Shown: positions 10,188-24,292, counted from the first letter of the stretch. The stretch is 64,000 nt of DNA from Deltaproteobacteria bacterium HGW-Deltaproteobacteria-13 (GCA_002840555.1 PHBJ01000004.1:21150-85149), one strand, 5' to 3'. The notes: generated by a model from the sequence alone, not told the origin. Numbers and translations are program-made.

Positions 10188-11070
10188 TTTTCTTTTTTTT
10201 AGCTCCCGGAGGTAAATCGCCCCAGCCCAGCTTGGAACGCAGGATTTCCGCATGACTGCGGTAGGGGGAAATAATCAGCATGGTTACTTGTTTCGATTTC
10301 TTTACCGTCACGACATCGCCGGACGTCATCCTGTAGGTTTCCTGTCCATCCAAAGTTAACACAGCGCCGTTATCCTTGGACCAGAGGGTTATTTTCAGAT
10401 TCGAATCTTCGGAAAATATGATCGGACGGTTCGTCAGGGTATGGGGACAAATGGGGTTAATAATAATCAAATCTTTCCCCGGAAAAACAATGGGCCCTCC
10501 CGCGGAAAGCGAATAGGCCGTGGACCCCGTGGGGGTGGAAACAATGAGGCCGTCTCCTTTATAAGTGGTCAGATATTTGCCGTTAACCTCCATTTCCAGC
10601 TCATTCATGCGGGACAAACTGCCGCGATTGATGACGACATCGTTTAAAACATCGCCGACATTGGTAACGGTTTTTCCATGTTTAAGGCTTACATTCAGCA
10701 TCATTCTTTTTTCCGCTGTGAATTTTCCCTGGATAACCAATTCCAGCGTCGAGTGCATTTCGTTCAAATTGACTTCGGTAAGATAACCCAGGCCGCCCAT
10801 ATTAATTCCGAGAATGGGGACTTTGTACTCGGCCACGTAACGCGCCGTTCGCAGCATGGTGCCGTCGCCGCCCAAAGCAACAACCAGTTGTGATTTTCGC
10901 GCCAGGTCATTCCATTTCAGTCCGCCGCCAAGAGCAATTTTTTGGGAAATTTCCGTTCCCAGAAAGACTTCCAGACCCTTTTCTTCCAGCCACTTTTTTA
11001 ATGATTTAACGTGGTCGGCCATTTTTTCTTTTTCAATGTTGGCAACAATGCCTATTCTTTTTAGTTTCAT
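10180..11070 (-). CDS. nadK: NAD(+) kinase
   Basis: GGDGT, LND, DGLIVSTPTGSTAYSLSAGGP; usual position upstream of recN. Confidence 0.95.
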   Translation of the reverse strand: MKLKRIGIVANIEKEKMADHVKSLKKWLEEKGLEVFLGTEISQKIALGGGLKWNDLARKSQLVVALGGDGTMLRTARYVAEYKVPILGINMGGLGYLTEVNLNEMHSTLELVIQGKFTAEKRMMLNVSLKHGKTVTNVGDVLNDVVINRGSLSRMNELEMEVNGKYLTTYKGDGLIVSTPTGSTAYSLSAGGPIVFPGKDLIIINPICPHTLTNRPIIFSEDSNLKITLWSKDNGAVLTLDGQETYRMTSGDVVTVKKSKQVTMLIISPYRSHAEILRSKLGWGDLPPGAKKKKNA

Positions 11071-11247
11071 TAACTTAAACCTCAAAATATGGAATTCAGT
11101 AACACAAAAAAAAACAGCTGTCTACGGATAAATACTTCTCGAATACATTTATCAGATGATTGAATTTTCAGAGCAATTCTCCAATATAAATTCTTGACAC
11201 ATTCAGATCGGCATACTATATCGTGCAGCCTTACAGAGGTGTTCATC

Positions 11248-12318
11248 ATGGGTTTACTCAAAGGCAGTTTTACTTTTTCGCGTTTTCATGTGGAAGGCCA
11301 GTTACCGCAGGCCTTTTTAAATTTTATCAACAGCCGGATCACAGCCAATTCCTTTAAGGATACAGTCAAATCAACCGAAGAAAAACGGCTGGGATGGGTA
11401 TCGCTCAACGATGTACTGGATACCGATTTCAAAAATGCCAATTACGCTCTGGGTGATTTCCTCATCTTTTCTCTGCGCATTGACCGCAAGTTGATCTCAC
11501 CGAAACTGATGAAGATCAAATTAATGGAAGAAGAAAGACGATTTCTTGCGGAAAGCGGTCAAAAAAGAATAAACAAGTCCATGTCCTCAGCCATTAAAGA
11601 CAAGGTTCAATTAGAACTTCTAACCAAGCTCGACGCCATACCTTCTTTTTACGATGTCTGCTGGTCTGTGAGCAAAAACACTATTTACTTTTCTTCACTC
11701 ACCGACAAAGTCGCTGACGATTTTGTCGATTTGTTCAAAAAATCTTTTTCGCTGAACCTGAGGCGTTTTTTGCCGCAGGAAAATAATCTGATAACAAAAT
11801 CACCTGAATCCATGGAAGCCGCCTCTTTAATCGGCCGCGAATTTTTAACCTGGCTCTGGTTTAAATCGGAAGAACGCAACGGCCGGATAGCGTTTCAAAA
11901 CAAAGAAGAAGTCGAGCTTCATTTTTTAAAAAGGATTGTTCTGGAAGCCGGAGAGGGTGAATATTCCCAGGGCGTTGTCTGTCACGGAATTCATGCCGAA
12001 CTCCAAGAAGGCAAAGAGGCCATTCGCCGGGGGAAAAAAGTTAAAGAAGCGGGAATCAAACTGATACACGATCAAAACGAGTGGGAATTTACTTTCAAAG
12101 CGGATTCTTTCCATTTTCAATCTCTAAAAATGCCCGCACCGGACTGGCAGGAAACGCAGGAAGACCCTTCGGGGAACCTTCTGGAAAGAATTTACCTTAT
12201 TGAAAACGCGGCAAAAACAATGGACAGCCTTTACGAATCTTTTTTGCAAATTCGTTTTTCCCCGCAATGGGAAGCAAAGGAAACAAAGCTTCTGGCCAAA
12301 TGGCTGGAACAGCCATAA
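11248..12318 (+). CDS. rdgC: Recombination-associated protein RdgC family
   Basis: MGLLKGS.TF.RF, LGWVS, FSLRID, LIGREFLTWLWF motifs typical of deltaproteobacterial RdgC-like proteins. Confidence 0.75.
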   Translation: MGLLKGSFTFSRFHVEGQLPQAFLNFINSRITANSFKDTVKSTEEKRLGWVSLNDVLDTDFKNANYALGDFLIFSLRIDRKLISPKLMKIKLMEEERRFLAESGQKRINKSMSSAIKDKVQLELLTKLDAIPSFYDVCWSVSKNTIYFSSLTDKVADDFVDLFKKSFSLNLRRFLPQENNLITKSPESMEAASLIGREFLTWLWFKSEERNGRIAFQNKEEVELHFLKRIVLEAGEGEYSQGVVCHGIHAELQEGKEAIRRGKKVKEAGIKLIHDQNEWEFTFKADSFHFQSLKMPAPDWQETQEDPSGNLLERIYLIENAAKTMDSLYESFLQIRFSPQWEAKETKLLAKWLEQP

Positions 12319-12412
12319 TACAAATTCTAAGGCGGAATGGATAAGAAACAATAATCCGCCGAAATATTTTTTAATTCTGAATTCATCTCGTTTGATGATC
12401 GGCTTTAAATCA

Positions 12413-12448
12413 TCCCTTTCTCTCCCCGTGAAAAAGGAGAGAAAGGGA
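12413..12448. terminator. Hairpin between convergent rdgC and mcp, probable terminator
   Basis: Perfect 13-bp stem TCCCTTTCTCTCC/GGAGAGAAAGGGA. Confidence 0.6.
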
Positions 12449-12474
12449 CCTTCAAATATAATCCGCTGAAAAGT

Positions 12475-14577
12475 TTAGAATGTATTTAATATGCTGCGGT
12501 CACTGTCATCCAACGGTATCACCTTGCGGGGATCAGGCTGGAGACCGGATATCGCCTTGCCGCCTTTTTTCCCTGAAACCGGGTTATGCGGCGAATGACT
12601 TGATTGGCTGCCGGACAACAGACCCTGGTTAAACTCGCCGGAGGCTGTCAGTTTGAAACTGGCCACCATGCTGCGCATCTCTTCAGACTGCGAGGACATC
12701 TCTTCAGCCGCGCTGGCCGATTCCTCGGCGTTAGCCGCGTTCTGCTGGGTCACCTGGTTTAACTGCTCCACCGCTTTGTTCAACTGGTTGATTCCATGAT
12801 CCTGCTGATCGGAAGCCGCCGCGATCTCCTGCACGACCTGACTGACCTTGCTGGTCTTCTCGACAATCTCCTGAAAGTTCTTTAAAACCTCGGAATTAAT
12901 GGCTACACCGTTCTCCGAATTTTTCACCGCTTCCTCGATTAAATTGGACGTGTTCTTGGCCGCCTCGGCGCTGCGCATGGCCAGGTTCCTGACCTCCTCG
13001 GCCACCACCGCGAATCCTTTGCCGGCATCCCCGGCCCGAGCCGCTTCCACTGCGGCATTCAGAGCCAAAAGATTCGTCTGGAACGCGATCTCGTCTATGG
13101 TCTTCACGATCTTGGCCGTGGCGTCTGACGATGATTTGATCTTATTGATGGCCGAGGACATCCGGTCCATGCTATCCACGCCCTTGTCAGCGCTACCCCG
13201 GGCCTGATCGGCTACCCCCTTGGCCTCCCTGGCGTTTAGGGCGTTCTGCTTGGTCATGGAGGATATTTCCTGCAGACTGCTGGACACTTCCTCAAGAGAA
13301 CTGGCCTGCTCGCTGGCCCCCTGAGACAGGGACTGTCCGCCGGTGCTTACCTGAACGCTGGCCGAGGCCACCTGCTCGGCGCCGATGGCCACCTGCCGCA
13401 GAGCTTTGTCCAGATTCTCCGTTGCCAGATTGAGGGATTCTTTGATCCTGGCGTAATCACCCTTGTAATCGCTGTTCATCCGAATGGACAGATCCTTGTT
13501 GGCCACTTTTTCCAATATTTTCATAGCATCAATGATCGGTTTAGACACCGCATCCAGCGTGTTATTGACGCCGGCCACGATATCCTGATAGGCTCCGCTG
13601 AATGCGGTGGCATTACCTCTGACATTCAGTTTGCCGTCCATGGCGCTCCTGGTCAACACATTCATTTCTTTGACCAGGTTGTTGATGGTTTCCACCATCT
13701 TTTTCAATGCCGGTCCTATCTCATCCCTGTCATCCATTACCGGGGTTTCGATATTGATGTCGCCTTCCGATATTTGCTGCATTCCTTTTACTACATATTT
13801 TTGAAGGTTTTCCGCAAACTGATCCATCTCCTTGGCCAATACTCCAATCTCGTCTTTTCTGGAAAGATTTAGACGATTGGACAGATGCCCCTTACCCATT
13901 TCCTGTATCATCTCTACGCCCTTTTTCAGCGGCTTTGTGATGGACACGGTAAGGATCAGCCCCAGCACCAAGGCCATCGTTACAGCGAATATCGTGGCTA
14001 TAAATACGGCGGTCGAAGCTATAGAGGCCGCAGAGCTATTGGCTTTGTTTGCCTCTTCGGCATTCTTGCGATTGATTTCATTGAGGTCACGGACAGCAGC
14101 CAGTGTTTTCACTCTGCCTTGAACTGCATAGCTTCCAAAACCCAGTAACCGGTTTACCTCATCATCTTTGCCTTCATCCTTCGCCTTCATTCCTTCCCTA
14201 TAACCGCGCTGCATTTCCGGCCAAGCAGCTTCAAAATCAGCGATTATCTTCTTCTCGTCTGCGCCGATATCTCTACTTTTATAAATGCGCATCGTCTCGT
14301 TCACAAACCTGATGGTCTCGTTCATGCTTTGAGTCATTTTCTGTCGATCGGCCGGTACGTCAAAATACCGGTAGATATCTCCCCGCATTTTTTCAAGGCT
14401 GGCATTGATAGCTCCCATCTCCTCAATGGCCGCGGTATTTTGTTTGTACATCACATCGCCCCGAGCTGCTATTGACTTTATATTGGTGTAACCGATCATG
14501 GCGACTGCTGCCAAAATGACCACTACTGCAAAAAAGCTCCCGATAAGCTTGGTGCCTACCTTGATATTGTTAAACAT
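12475..14577 (-). CDS. Methyl-accepting chemotaxis protein (4-helix-bundle sensor, HAMP domains)
   Basis: Two TM segments, HAMP (DEIG), [20 protein letters not shown] hairpin; AGGAG RBS before ATG 14577. Confidence 0.95.
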   Translation of the reverse strand: MFNNIKVGTKLIGSFFAVVVILAAVAMIGYTNIKSIAARGDVMYKQNTAAIEEMGAINASLEKMRGDIYRYFDVPADRQKMTQSMNETIRFVNETMRIYKSRDIGADEKKIIADFEAAWPEMQRGYREGMKAKDEGKDDEVNRLLGFGSYAVQGRVKTLAAVRDLNEINRKNAEEANKANSSAASIASTAVFIATIFAVTMALVLGLILTVSITKPLKKGVEMIQEMGKGHLSNRLNLSRKDEIGVLAKEMDQFAENLQKYVVKGMQQISEGDINIETPVMDDRDEIGPALKKMVETINNLVKEMNVLTRSAMDGKLNVRGNATAFSGAYQDIVAGVNNTLDAVSKPIIDAMKILEKVANKDLSIRMNSDYKGDYARIKESLNLATENLDKALRQVAIGAEQVASASVQVSTGGQSLSQGASEQASSLEEVSSSLQEISSMTKQNALNAREAKGVADQARGSADKGVDSMDRMSSAINKIKSSSDATAKIVKTIDEIAFQTNLLALNAAVEAARAGDAGKGFAVVAEEVRNLAMRSAEAAKNTSNLIEEAVKNSENGVAINSEVLKNFQEIVEKTSKVSQVVQEIAAASDQQDHGINQLNKAVEQLNQVTQQNAANAEESASAAEEMSSQSEEMRSMVASFKLTASGEFNQGLLSGSQSSHSPHNPVSGKKGGKAISGLQPDPRKVIPLDDSDRSILNTF

Positions 14578-14601
14578 CTTTCCACTCCTTTTCATTGTTT
14601 T

Positions 14602-15162
14602 CTACTTTATAATTTTAGTTTTTGCTTCTTTTGATGAGTCACTGTTCTCTTTGTTTTCTCTGTCGGCGGCTTTTTTCAGGTTGATGACGTCCGAGGCCGT
14701 GATCACTTTTTCGATATCCAGGAGCAGGCGGATCCGCCCCCCGGTCTTGCCCACTCCTAAAAGATACTCCGTATACACGTCCGGCCCGAAAGACGGAGTG
14801 TCTTCGATATCCCCCGATGCCACATTCACCACTTCTGAAACCTTGTCCACCAAAATCCCCATCATCAAACTGGAGGTCTTGATGACGATGATGCAGGTCT
14901 CGTCCGTGACCCGGGTCTCATCCATACCGAACTTTACATTGAGGTCCATGATGGGATGGATCTTTCCCCGAAGGTTGATGACTCCACGGATGTATCTGGA
15001 AGTCAGCGGAACAGGCGTTATCGGCATCCGGCCGATGATCTCCTGAACCTTGAGGATCTCCACCCCGTATTCCTCACTGGCCAGGAAAAACGTCAGGTAT
15101 TTACCCGCCCGGGAATCAACTTTGATGGACTGATTTTCCTTAACTGCTGTTGCGTTGTTCAT
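14602..15162 (-). CDS. cheW: Chemotaxis coupling protein CheW (second copy)
   Basis: YLTFFL..EEYGV.ILKVQEII, GVINLRGKI, GILVDKVSEV. Confidence 0.95.
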   Translation of the reverse strand: MNNATAVKENQSIKVDSRAGKYLTFFLASEEYGVEILKVQEIIGRMPITPVPLTSRYIRGVINLRGKIHPIMDLNVKFGMDETRVTDETCIIVIKTSSLMMGILVDKVSEVVNVASGDIEDTPSFGPDVYTEYLLGVGKTGGRIRLLLDIEKVITASDVINLKKAADRENKENSDSSKEAKTKIIK

Positions 15163-15456
15163 GCTTTTTGCTCCTCATATATTTCATAGGTGTTACTTGT
15201 ATATGCTTAATGGCTGCCGGGCCATTCGGTCATCTGCCCGCCGGAAAATTGATTTTTAGAATTATGTAATTCCGGAAAGTTTTAGAATTGAATTCGATCA
15301 TGATGTGGCCGGTCGCTTCAGACTGATAGGTTTATCTTTAAAAATGTCTTTTCTCCCGAACGATACCGGCCGAAAAATCAGATGATATACTCAGTCTATA
15401 TTCTTAAATTTGTTATTTTGTATGATGGCAGGACTGCTGAACGGATCTTACGATGT

Positions 15457-15546
15457 TGCCCGGCAGTTCTGCCACCTTATCTCCTCTTAAGACTTAGGTC
15501 AGTAACTTTGCGTCCCGTCTTTTCAGGCGGTTTGCCCTTATCAAGT
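15457..15546 (-). ncRNA. c-di-GMP-I (GEMM) riboswitch aptamer
   Basis: Minus strand reads AAGGGCAAACCGCCT-GAAA-AGACGGGACGCAAAGTTACTGACCTAAG...GGTGGCAGAACTGCCG, matching GEMM hallmarks; lies in the cheW-mcp leader. Confidence 0.9.
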
Positions 15547-15849
15547 ATCGATATTTTCGTACAACAAATATATCTCCAAGTCAACCCATAATATAAACGG
15601 GAATCGGATTGAATTTTATTTATCGTACACCGGCAGCTTATGAAGATTGATAAAAAGTAAGCTGAACGTCATATGGATATAAATGATCATTTTTAAAAAG
15701 ATTGGGCTGAAAGAGGGCGGGTTAACCGTTCATTCGGTGAGCAGATTTCTCATCAGGAGAGATTTGACTTCGTAGTACGAAGCCGGCGTGATTTCATCGA
15801 GCTGGCGTTTCTTTTTACATAAAAAAGTTTGATCATGAAACCGCGATTT

Positions 15850-17358
<1,509 letters not shown>

Positions 17359-17375
<17 letters not shown>

Positions 17376-17751
17376 AGTTTACCCCCGTAATGTCTATTAT
17401 GACTTCCTTCAAAATTTCCGGCTTAAAGGGTTTGTGGATAAAGGTTGCGCCCTGTTTGAGCATCATTTCTATCTTGCACGGATCGCTCTCGGAGCTGATG
17501 ACGATCACCGGCAGATTTTCATACTGGTCTTTTTTCCTGAGACGCCGGATCATTTCCTCTCCGTCCATCACCGGCATATGGATATCAACCAGCGCCAGAT
17601 CTATCCATTTTTCCTGCAAAAGACGCAGACCTTCCTCTCCGTTTTCCGCCTCCCAGATATCCCCCAGAGGCAGGTCGGTCAGTTTCAGGGTTTTTATGAT
17701 GATCGAGCGCATCACCGAGCTATCGTCGACCACGAGAATATTTAAAGCCAT
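17359..17751 (-). CDS. cheY: CheY-like response regulator
   Basis: ILVVDDS, LVDIHMPVMDG, FIHKPF; single REC domain. Confidence 0.88.
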
Positions 17752-17814
17752 ATTACAGCCTCCTTATTTTTATATCTTATGCTTTTGCCTGCTTTCTTTC
17801 AAAGCAGCCATTGC

Positions 17815-18297
17815 TTACAATTCCTTAAGAGAGCCTTTTGATTTAATGAGCATCTTGCCGTTTCCCACTTCCAGGGTCACGGTGCGCGAGCTGTAGCCTC
17901 CCACGTCATAGGCCTTAAGCATCAAACCTTCATCCCATAAATATTTGCGCAGACTTACAAAATTGCGGCGTCCGATTTGAAAAAAGTCTTCTTCTTCATT
18001 CACTTTCGAGCTGGATCCTCCGGCCACCCGGATCAGCAAATCATGTTTACGGGAACCTCTCCGGTAAAAATCATCCAGCATCGTTTTCATTCCGCTATCC
18101 ACGTAAAGGAAGGGATTTCCGGCCGCCTTGTTTCGGTCGAGGTTGGAATCCGGCAGCATACAGTGCAACAGACCCGCCCTTTTCAGTTTGATATCGTAAA
18201 CCGTTATCCCCAGGCAGCTTCCCAAAGCGTATGTAATCAATACGTCCGTAACATCCCCGGATATTTTTAGATCAGCCACGCCTATTGTGTAAACCAT
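17815..18297 (-). CDS. cheD: Chemoreceptor glutamine deamidase CheD
   Basis: TYALGSCLGI, LLHCMLP, IGRRN, DVGG..SRTV. Confidence 0.93.
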   Translation of the reverse strand: MVYTIGVADLKISGDVTDVLITYALGSCLGITVYDIKLKRAGLLHCMLPDSNLDRNKAAGNPFLYVDSGMKTMLDDFYRRGSRKHDLLIRVAGGSSSKVNEEEDFFQIGRRNFVSLRKYLWDEGLMLKAYDVGGYSSRTVTLEVGNGKMLIKSKGSLKEL

Positions 18298-18303
18298 AAG
18301 CTG

Positions 18304-19215
18304 TTACTTCCTTTTGGCCTCGACCGGTTTTTTATGGACCGCGCCCGCAGGTTTAATCTTCTGGTATACGGCCGGCTTCAGATAGCGGTAATCGTGGTTC
18401 AAAAACGTCAGGCTCTCCGAGTGACCCACCAACAGGTAACCGCCTTCCCGCAGCATGGACCAGAACCGCCTGACCAGATTCTCCTGGGTCGGTTTGTCAA
18501 AGTATATCATGACATTGCGGCAGAAGATGACATCAAACAACCCGCTCATCGGCCACTCCTCCATTAGATTAAGCTTGGCAAAATGGACCATGGATTGAAG
18601 ATGGGGAACCACGCGGTATTTGCGGCCAGTCCCGGCCGCAACATTATTAAAATATTTAAGCCTCAACTGCGGCGCCACCGGCTTGAGCGTTTCTTCATCA
18701 TACAAACCCTGGCGGGCCCGCTCCATCATGCGATCCGAGATGTCGGTAGCCAGTATCCTGACGTCCCGTTTGCCGATGTCGGGTATGCACTCGCACAAAA
18801 CAATCGCGATGGAATAGGGTTCCTCACCGGAGGAGCAGCCGGCGCTCCATATCCTGACCGGACCTTTGGGTAATCCGGGAATAATTTCATCCCGTAAAAA
18901 ATCCAGATGCTCTGATTCTCTGAAAAAATTTGTCTTGTTGGTGGTCAGAACGTCCACCATGGCGATAATCTCTTTTCCGCTTTTGTCATTGGCCAGATAT
19001 TTAACGTAACGATCAAAATCGGAAATCCTCAAGTGCCTGAGCCGTTTTAAAAGCCGGGCCTTGACCAGTTCTTCCTTGCCCTCATGCAGGTCGATCCCCG
19101 AAACCTGGTAGACGAGTCTGCTGATCTTATCAAACTGCGAAGAAGAAAGTTTTAAGGAATAATAATCCGTCGAAAGATTTTTTAATTCTGAATCCGTCAT
19201 ACTTTTTATTGTCAA
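18304..19215 (-). CDS. cheR: Chemotaxis methyltransferase CheR
   Basis: TTNKTNFFRE, RIWSAGCSSGEEPYS, FCRNVMIYF, GHSE; start may be ATG 19200. Confidence 0.96.
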   Translation of the reverse strand: MTIKSMTDSELKNLSTDYYSLKLSSSQFDKISRLVYQVSGIDLHEGKEELVKARLLKRLRHLRISDFDRYVKYLANDKSGKEIIAMVDVLTTNKTNFFRESEHLDFLRDEIIPGLPKGPVRIWSAGCSSGEEPYSIAIVLCECIPDIGKRDVRILATDISDRMMERARQGLYDEETLKPVAPQLRLKYFNNVAAGTGRKYRVVPHLQSMVHFAKLNLMEEWPMSGLFDVIFCRNVMIYFDKPTQENLVRRFWSMLREGGYLLVGHSESLTFLNHDYRYLKPAVYQKIKPAGAVHKKPVEAKRK

Positions 19216-19309
19216 TTTTTTATTGTCTCATTCTCACCCTGTTGGGAAAGAGGGAATCGGACTTAATATTATCCCTTCATGTGGATTCCGCCGGACAGGA
19301 AAACCCCCG

Positions 19310-21418
19310 TTAGAATTTCTCCAACACTTCGTGATCCCGGTCATCCAGAGGAATAACTTTATGAGGATCCGGCTGAAGGCCTGCCGCAGCCTTTCCACCT
19401 TTCCTTTGCAGACCCACATTTTGCAGCAAATGTCCCGACGGGCCGCCCGATTGTATACTGCCTGCGCCGGTTAGCTTAAAGCTGGCTATCATACTCCGCA
19501 TCTCTTCGGACTGCGAGGACATCTCCTCGGCCGCACTGGCTGATTCCTCGGCGTTAGCCGCGTTCTGCTGGGTCACCAAGTTCAATTGCTCCACGGCTTT
19601 GTTCAATTGGCTGATGCCCTGATCCTGTTGCTCGGAAGCCGCCGCGATCTCCTGCACAACCTGACTGACCTTGTTGGTCTTCTCGACAATCTCCTGAAAG
19701 TTCTTTAAAACCTCGGAATTAATGGCTACGCCGTTCTCCGAATTTTTTACCGCGTCCTCGATTAAATTGGAAGTGTTCTTGGCCGCCTCGGCGCTGCGCA
19801 TGGCCAGGTTCCTGACCTCCTCGGCCACCACCGCAAATCCTTTGCCGGCGTCTCCGGCCCGGGCCGCTTCCACTGCGGCATTCAAAGCCAGAAGATTCGT
19901 CTGGAACGCGATCTCGTCTATAGTCTTCACGATCTTGGCCGTGGCGTCTGACGACGATTTGATCTTATTGATGGCCGAGGACATCCGGTCCATGCTATCC
20001 ACTCCCTTGTCGGCGCTGCCCCGGGCCTCTTCAGCCACACCTTTAGCCTCCCTGGCATTGAGCGTGTTTTGCTTGATCATGGAGGACATCTCCTGCAGAC
20101 TGCTGGAGATCTCCTCAAGCGAACTGGCCTGTTCACTGGCCCCCTGCGACAACGACTGGCCGCCGACGCTGACCTGTGCACTGGCCAAAGCGACCTGGTC
20201 CGCGCCTATCGCCACCTGCTGCAGGGCCTTATCCAGTTTATCCGCAACCGCATTGATCGTTCTTTTCACTTCGTCGTAATACCCTTTATAGTCGCCCTTG
20301 ATCCGCTCAGACAAGTCCTTGTGAGCCAGTTTTACTAAAACCAGCGACGCTTCATTGAGCGGCGCCATCACCGCATCCAAAGTATCATTGAATCCTTTGA
20401 CGATTTTCTGAAACTTTCCGTGATAAGGGTTTATATCGGCTCTATTGATAAGATCGCCGGCAAGCGCGGCAACACAGCATCTTTTGATCTCATCGCTCAT
20501 GGAGCCGATGGCTTTAATCATTTTATTAAGCGCCGGGCCGATCTCATCCTTGTCGTCTATGACAGCCGGCGTAATATCAATATTACCTTCGGATATCTGC
20601 TGCATACTGAATACCACATTTTTCTGAAGATGATCGGCAAACCGATCCATGGCATTGGCCAATCCCCCTATCTCATCTTTCCGTTCAAAGCCCATCCGCT
20701 GGGAAAGGTGGCCCCGGCTCAGTTCCTGCATCATCACCATTCCCTTCTTCAGCGGATTGGTGATGGATACGGTCAGCATGATCGCCATACCTATTAAAAG
20801 CGCCGCGCCCAAAAATGATAAGAACCATAGCTTACCCGACCACCCCCCGGTGGCTTTGATGGCCGCATTGATAGCGTCTTCATTTCGCCTGGCGTTATAA
20901 TCATTAAGGTTACCCACCGCCGCCATGATTTTCTTCTGAGCTTCGATCATATAGCTTCCATCGGCCAGCAGACGACCAATCTCATCATTTTTACTTTCAT
21001 CCGCCGCCTTCATTATTTCTTTATAACCGCGCTGCATTTCCGGCCATGCCGCTTCGAAATCAGTGAGAAGCTTCTTTTCTTCATCAGTTATTTTTTTACC
21101 TTTATAGGTCTGAACAATTTGGTCTATTGAATTTGTTTCCTGCTTAATATTCTGGAGAGTATTACTGCGGGCTGAAGGCACGGCAATATAATGATAAAGA
21201 TATTCCTTCGTTTTCCAAAGCCCGGCCTTAAGATTTACAATATTCTTCACATCCACCATATACTGCCTGTGCATCGAATCCATACCACGCACAGCGGCCA
21301 TCCTCACTTTAGCGCTGCCAACCATCATCGCCGTCACAAATACAAAGATCACTGCAAAGCAGCCTATGATCTTAACGCCTAATTTGACATTATTAATCAT
21401 TTTAAACATAATCTCCAT
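19310..21418 (-). CDS. Methyl-accepting chemotaxis protein
   Basis: TM-4HB-TM-HAMP-signalling domain with [17 protein letters not shown]; exact start uncertain. Confidence 0.95.
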   Translation of the reverse strand: MEIMFKMINNVKLGVKIIGCFAVIFVFVTAMMVGSAKVRMAAVRGMDSMHRQYMVDVKNIVNLKAGLWKTKEYLYHYIAVPSARSNTLQNIKQETNSIDQIVQTYKGKKITDEEKKLLTDFEAAWPEMQRGYKEIMKAADESKNDEIGRLLADGSYMIEAQKKIMAAVGNLNDYNARRNEDAINAAIKATGGWSGKLWFLSFLGAALLIGMAIMLTVSITNPLKKGMVMMQELSRGHLSQRMGFERKDEIGGLANAMDRFADHLQKNVVFSMQQISEGNIDITPAVIDDKDEIGPALNKMIKAIGSMSDEIKRCCVAALAGDLINRADINPYHGKFQKIVKGFNDTLDAVMAPLNEASLVLVKLAHKDLSERIKGDYKGYYDEVKRTINAVADKLDKALQQVAIGADQVALASAQVSVGGQSLSQGASEQASSLEEISSSLQEMSSMIKQNTLNAREAKGVAEEARGSADKGVDSMDRMSSAINKIKSSSDATAKIVKTIDEIAFQTNLLALNAAVEAARAGDAGKGFAVVAEEVRNLAMRSAEAAKNTSNLIEDAVKNSENGVAINSEVLKNFQEIVEKTNKVSQVVQEIAAASEQQDQGISQLNKAVEQLNLVTQQNAANAEESASAAEEMSSQSEEMRSMIASFKLTGAGSIQSGGPSGHLLQNVGLQRKGGKAAAGLQPDPHKVIPLDDRDHEVLEKF

Positions 21419-21588
21419 CCTTTGTATTGCTGGTCTTGTTACCCGTTGTGATTTTGCGCCGTCGGATTCGGCCCTGCTCTATATTATTCCGCTTATTCCG
21501 TTTCCGGTCATGCCATAAAAATAATTTCGTGCTCATCAGCGCTTGTTCTCAATTTCCATGCCTGTATCACCGAACTTAAGAAACAGGA

Positions 21589-23682
21589 TTAGAATGTTTC
21601 CAACACTTCGTGGTCCCTGTCATCCAAAGGGATGACCTTGCGAGGATCGGGTTGAAAGCCGGATGCGCCGCTGCTCCCGCCCGGCATCCCTGTGTTCTGA
21701 AGTCGATGCCCGGATGGGCCGCCGCTCCGCAAGTTTTGATTAAAATCGCCGGAGGCTGTCAGTTTGAATCCTGCCACCATGCTCCGCATCTCCTCTGACT
21801 GCGAAGACATCTCCTGAGCGGCGCTGGCCGATTCTTCGGCGTTGGCCGCGTTCTGCTGCGTCAACTGATTCATCTGTTCCACCGCCTTGTTGACTTGGCT
21901 GATTCCCTGATCCTGCTGCTCGGACGCCGCGGCTATCTCCGCCACCACCTGACTGACTTTATTGGTCCGTTCGGTAATTTCCTGGAAGTTCTTCAATACC
22001 TCCGCATTGATATGGACTCCATTATCCGAGTTCTTGACTGCTTCTTCTATCAGATTGGCTGTGTTCTTCGCCGCTTCCGCGCTCCGCATGGCCAGGTTCC
22101 TGACTTCTTCCGCCACAACCGCAAATCCCTTGCCGGCATCCCCCGCGCGCGCCGCTTCCACTGCGGCGTTGAGAGCCAGTAAATTCGTCTGGAACGCAAT
22201 CTCATCTATGGTCTTGACTATCTTCGCCGTGGCATCTGATGAGGTTTTAATCTGGTTGATAGCTAAAGACATCCGGTTCATGCTCTCCACGCCTTTGTCC
22301 GCGCTGCCCCGGGCCTGATCCGCTACTCCCTTGGCCTCCCTGGCGTTGAGCGCATTCTGCTTGGTCATGGATGACATCTCCTGCAAACTGCTGGAAACCT
22401 CTTCTAATGAACTGGCCTGCTCGCTGGCGCCCTGCGATAACGACTGCCCGCCGGTGCTCACCTGAACGCTCGCCGATGCCACCTGGTCCGCACCGATGGC
22501 CACCTGATGCAGAGCTTTGTCCAGATTCTCCACCGCCAGATTGAGAGATTCTTTGATCTTTGCAAAATCGCCCTGGTAAGCACCCATCATCCGTGCCGTC
22601 ATATCCTTGCCGGCGATCTTCTCCAATGCCTCCGAAGCTTCATTGATCGGTCCAACCATCGCGTCTATCGTTTTATTGACGCCGGTTACAATATCCTGAT
22701 AGGCTCCATTAAACTTTCCGGCATTGCCTCTGACATCAAGTTTGCCGTCCATGGCTGTTCCGGTTAACATATTCACTTCGTTGACCAGATTCTTGATCGT
22801 CTCCACCATTTTTTTCAACGCCGGTCCGATCTCATCGCTGTCATCGATTATGGCAGGTTCAATATTGATATTGCCTTCGGATATCTGCTGCATGTTGGAT
22901 ATGACATTTTGCTGAAGATGCTCGGCAAACTCATCCATGGCATTGGCCAGCAGACCTATCTCATCCTTCCGTTTAATACCCAGCCGTCTGGAAAGGTGGC
23001 CCCGTTTCAATTCCTCCATCATCAGCACTCCTTTTTTCAAGGGTTGGGTAATGGATAGAGTCATGACGATGACTAAGCCTATAATCACGGCTATCGCGAT
23101 ACCTGATATGATGAGCATGGCACCCGAAAAACCTGCGCTTTTGCTGATAGCTTCCTTTATGTCCGCATCGTTATTACTGACACTATTGAGGTTACTGATC
23201 GCGGCAAATGTTTTCACTCTGGCCGCGAACACGTAGTTTCCGGCATCCAGCAGACTTTTAACTTCATCATTTTTCCCTTCATCCGCTGCTTTCATCACGG
23301 CCTTATAACCGCGCTGCATGTCGGGCCAGGCGGCATCGAATTCAGCAATGATCTTCTTTTCCTCAGCATCGATATTTCCATCTTTATAAGTCTGCATGGA
23401 TTTGGTCACGGAACTCATGATCTCATTAATGCTCTGGGCCATCTTCTGGCGGTCGGCCGGTACATTAATATACCTGTAGATATCTCCCCGCATTTTTTCG
23501 AGGTTGGCTTTCATGTTTCCGATTTCCAGGATGCCCGCTTCATACTTGCGATGCACCGAATCCACCTTATTTATATAGTCATGTCTTACTTTAGCACCAT
23601 ACAGGATTATCGCCGTTGCCAGCAAAGCGACAATCACAATACTGCCGATGAGCTTGATACCGACTTTGATATCGTTAAGCAT
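21589..23682 (-). CDS. Methyl-accepting chemotaxis protein
   Basis: Same architecture; C-terminal VLETF resembles the NWETF tether; GGAGGAG RBS. Confidence 0.95.
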   Translation of the reverse strand: MLNDIKVGIKLIGSIVIVALLATAIILYGAKVRHDYINKVDSVHRKYEAGILEIGNMKANLEKMRGDIYRYINVPADRQKMAQSINEIMSSVTKSMQTYKDGNIDAEEKKIIAEFDAAWPDMQRGYKAVMKAADEGKNDEVKSLLDAGNYVFAARVKTFAAISNLNSVSNNDADIKEAISKSAGFSGAMLIISGIAIAVIIGLVIVMTLSITQPLKKGVLMMEELKRGHLSRRLGIKRKDEIGLLANAMDEFAEHLQQNVISNMQQISEGNINIEPAIIDDSDEIGPALKKMVETIKNLVNEVNMLTGTAMDGKLDVRGNAGKFNGAYQDIVTGVNKTIDAMVGPINEASEALEKIAGKDMTARMMGAYQGDFAKIKESLNLAVENLDKALHQVAIGADQVASASVQVSTGGQSLSQGASEQASSLEEVSSSLQEMSSMTKQNALNAREAKGVADQARGSADKGVESMNRMSLAINQIKTSSDATAKIVKTIDEIAFQTNLLALNAAVEAARAGDAGKGFAVVAEEVRNLAMRSAEAAKNTANLIEEAVKNSDNGVHINAEVLKNFQEITERTNKVSQVVAEIAAASEQQDQGISQVNKAVEQMNQLTQQNAANAEESASAAQEMSSQSEEMRSMVAGFKLTASGDFNQNLRSGGPSGHRLQNTGMPGGSSGASGFQPDPRKVIPLDDRDHEVLETF

Positions 23683-23740
23683 GTTTCTCCTCCCTTGTAT
23701 TGTTGGTCCCGCTATTTATTTTAATTTTCGTTTCTTCGGA

Positions 23741-24265
23741 TTAGGCGCCACTCTCTTTGTTTTCCAAGCCGGTGGCCTTTTTTAGATTGATGATATCGGA
23801 GGCGTTTATCACCTTTTCGATATCCAGGAGCAGGCGAACCCTCCCTCCGGTCTTCCCTACCCCTAAAAGGTATTCGGTGTTCACATCCGCTCCAAAAGAT
23901 GGCGTGTCTTCGATATCTTCGGAAACCATATTGACTACCTCCGAAACCTTGTCCACCAGAATCCCCATCATTAAGCTGGAGGTTTTAATGACGATGATAC
24001 AGGTTTCGTCGCTGATAACAGTCTGCTCCATGCCAAATTTTACCTTTAGATCCATGATGGGGTGGATCTTGCCCCGCAGGTTGATGACTCCCCGGATATA
24101 CCTGGAGGTCAGAGGTACCGGTGTGATTGGCATCCGGCCGATGATTTCCTGAACCTTGAGGATTTCGACTCCGTACTCCTCGCTGGCCAGGAAAAAAGTC
24201 AGGTACTTCCCTGCCCGGGGATCAATCCCGATGGACTCATTTCCCTTAACTGCGGCTGTATTCAT
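23741..24265 (-). CDS. cheW: Chemotaxis coupling protein CheW
   Basis: Near-identical protein to 14602..15162; directly after cheA. Confidence 0.95.
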   Translation of the reverse strand: MNTAAVKGNESIGIDPRAGKYLTFFLASEEYGVEILKVQEIIGRMPITPVPLTSRYIRGVINLRGKIHPIMDLKVKFGMEQTVISDETCIIVIKTSSLMMGILVDKVSEVVNMVSEDIEDTPSFGADVNTEYLLGVGKTGGRVRLLLDIEKVINASDIINLKKATGLENKESGA

Positions 24266-24292
24266 ACTTGTGTCTCCTCTATAGCCTATGGG

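Noticed and set aside
15457-15546. cGAMP-sensing GEMM-Ib riboswitch with a Hypr GGDEF partner
   Set aside because: The position-20 equivalent is G, and the nearby GGDEF keeps the canonical Asp (GHQCGD).
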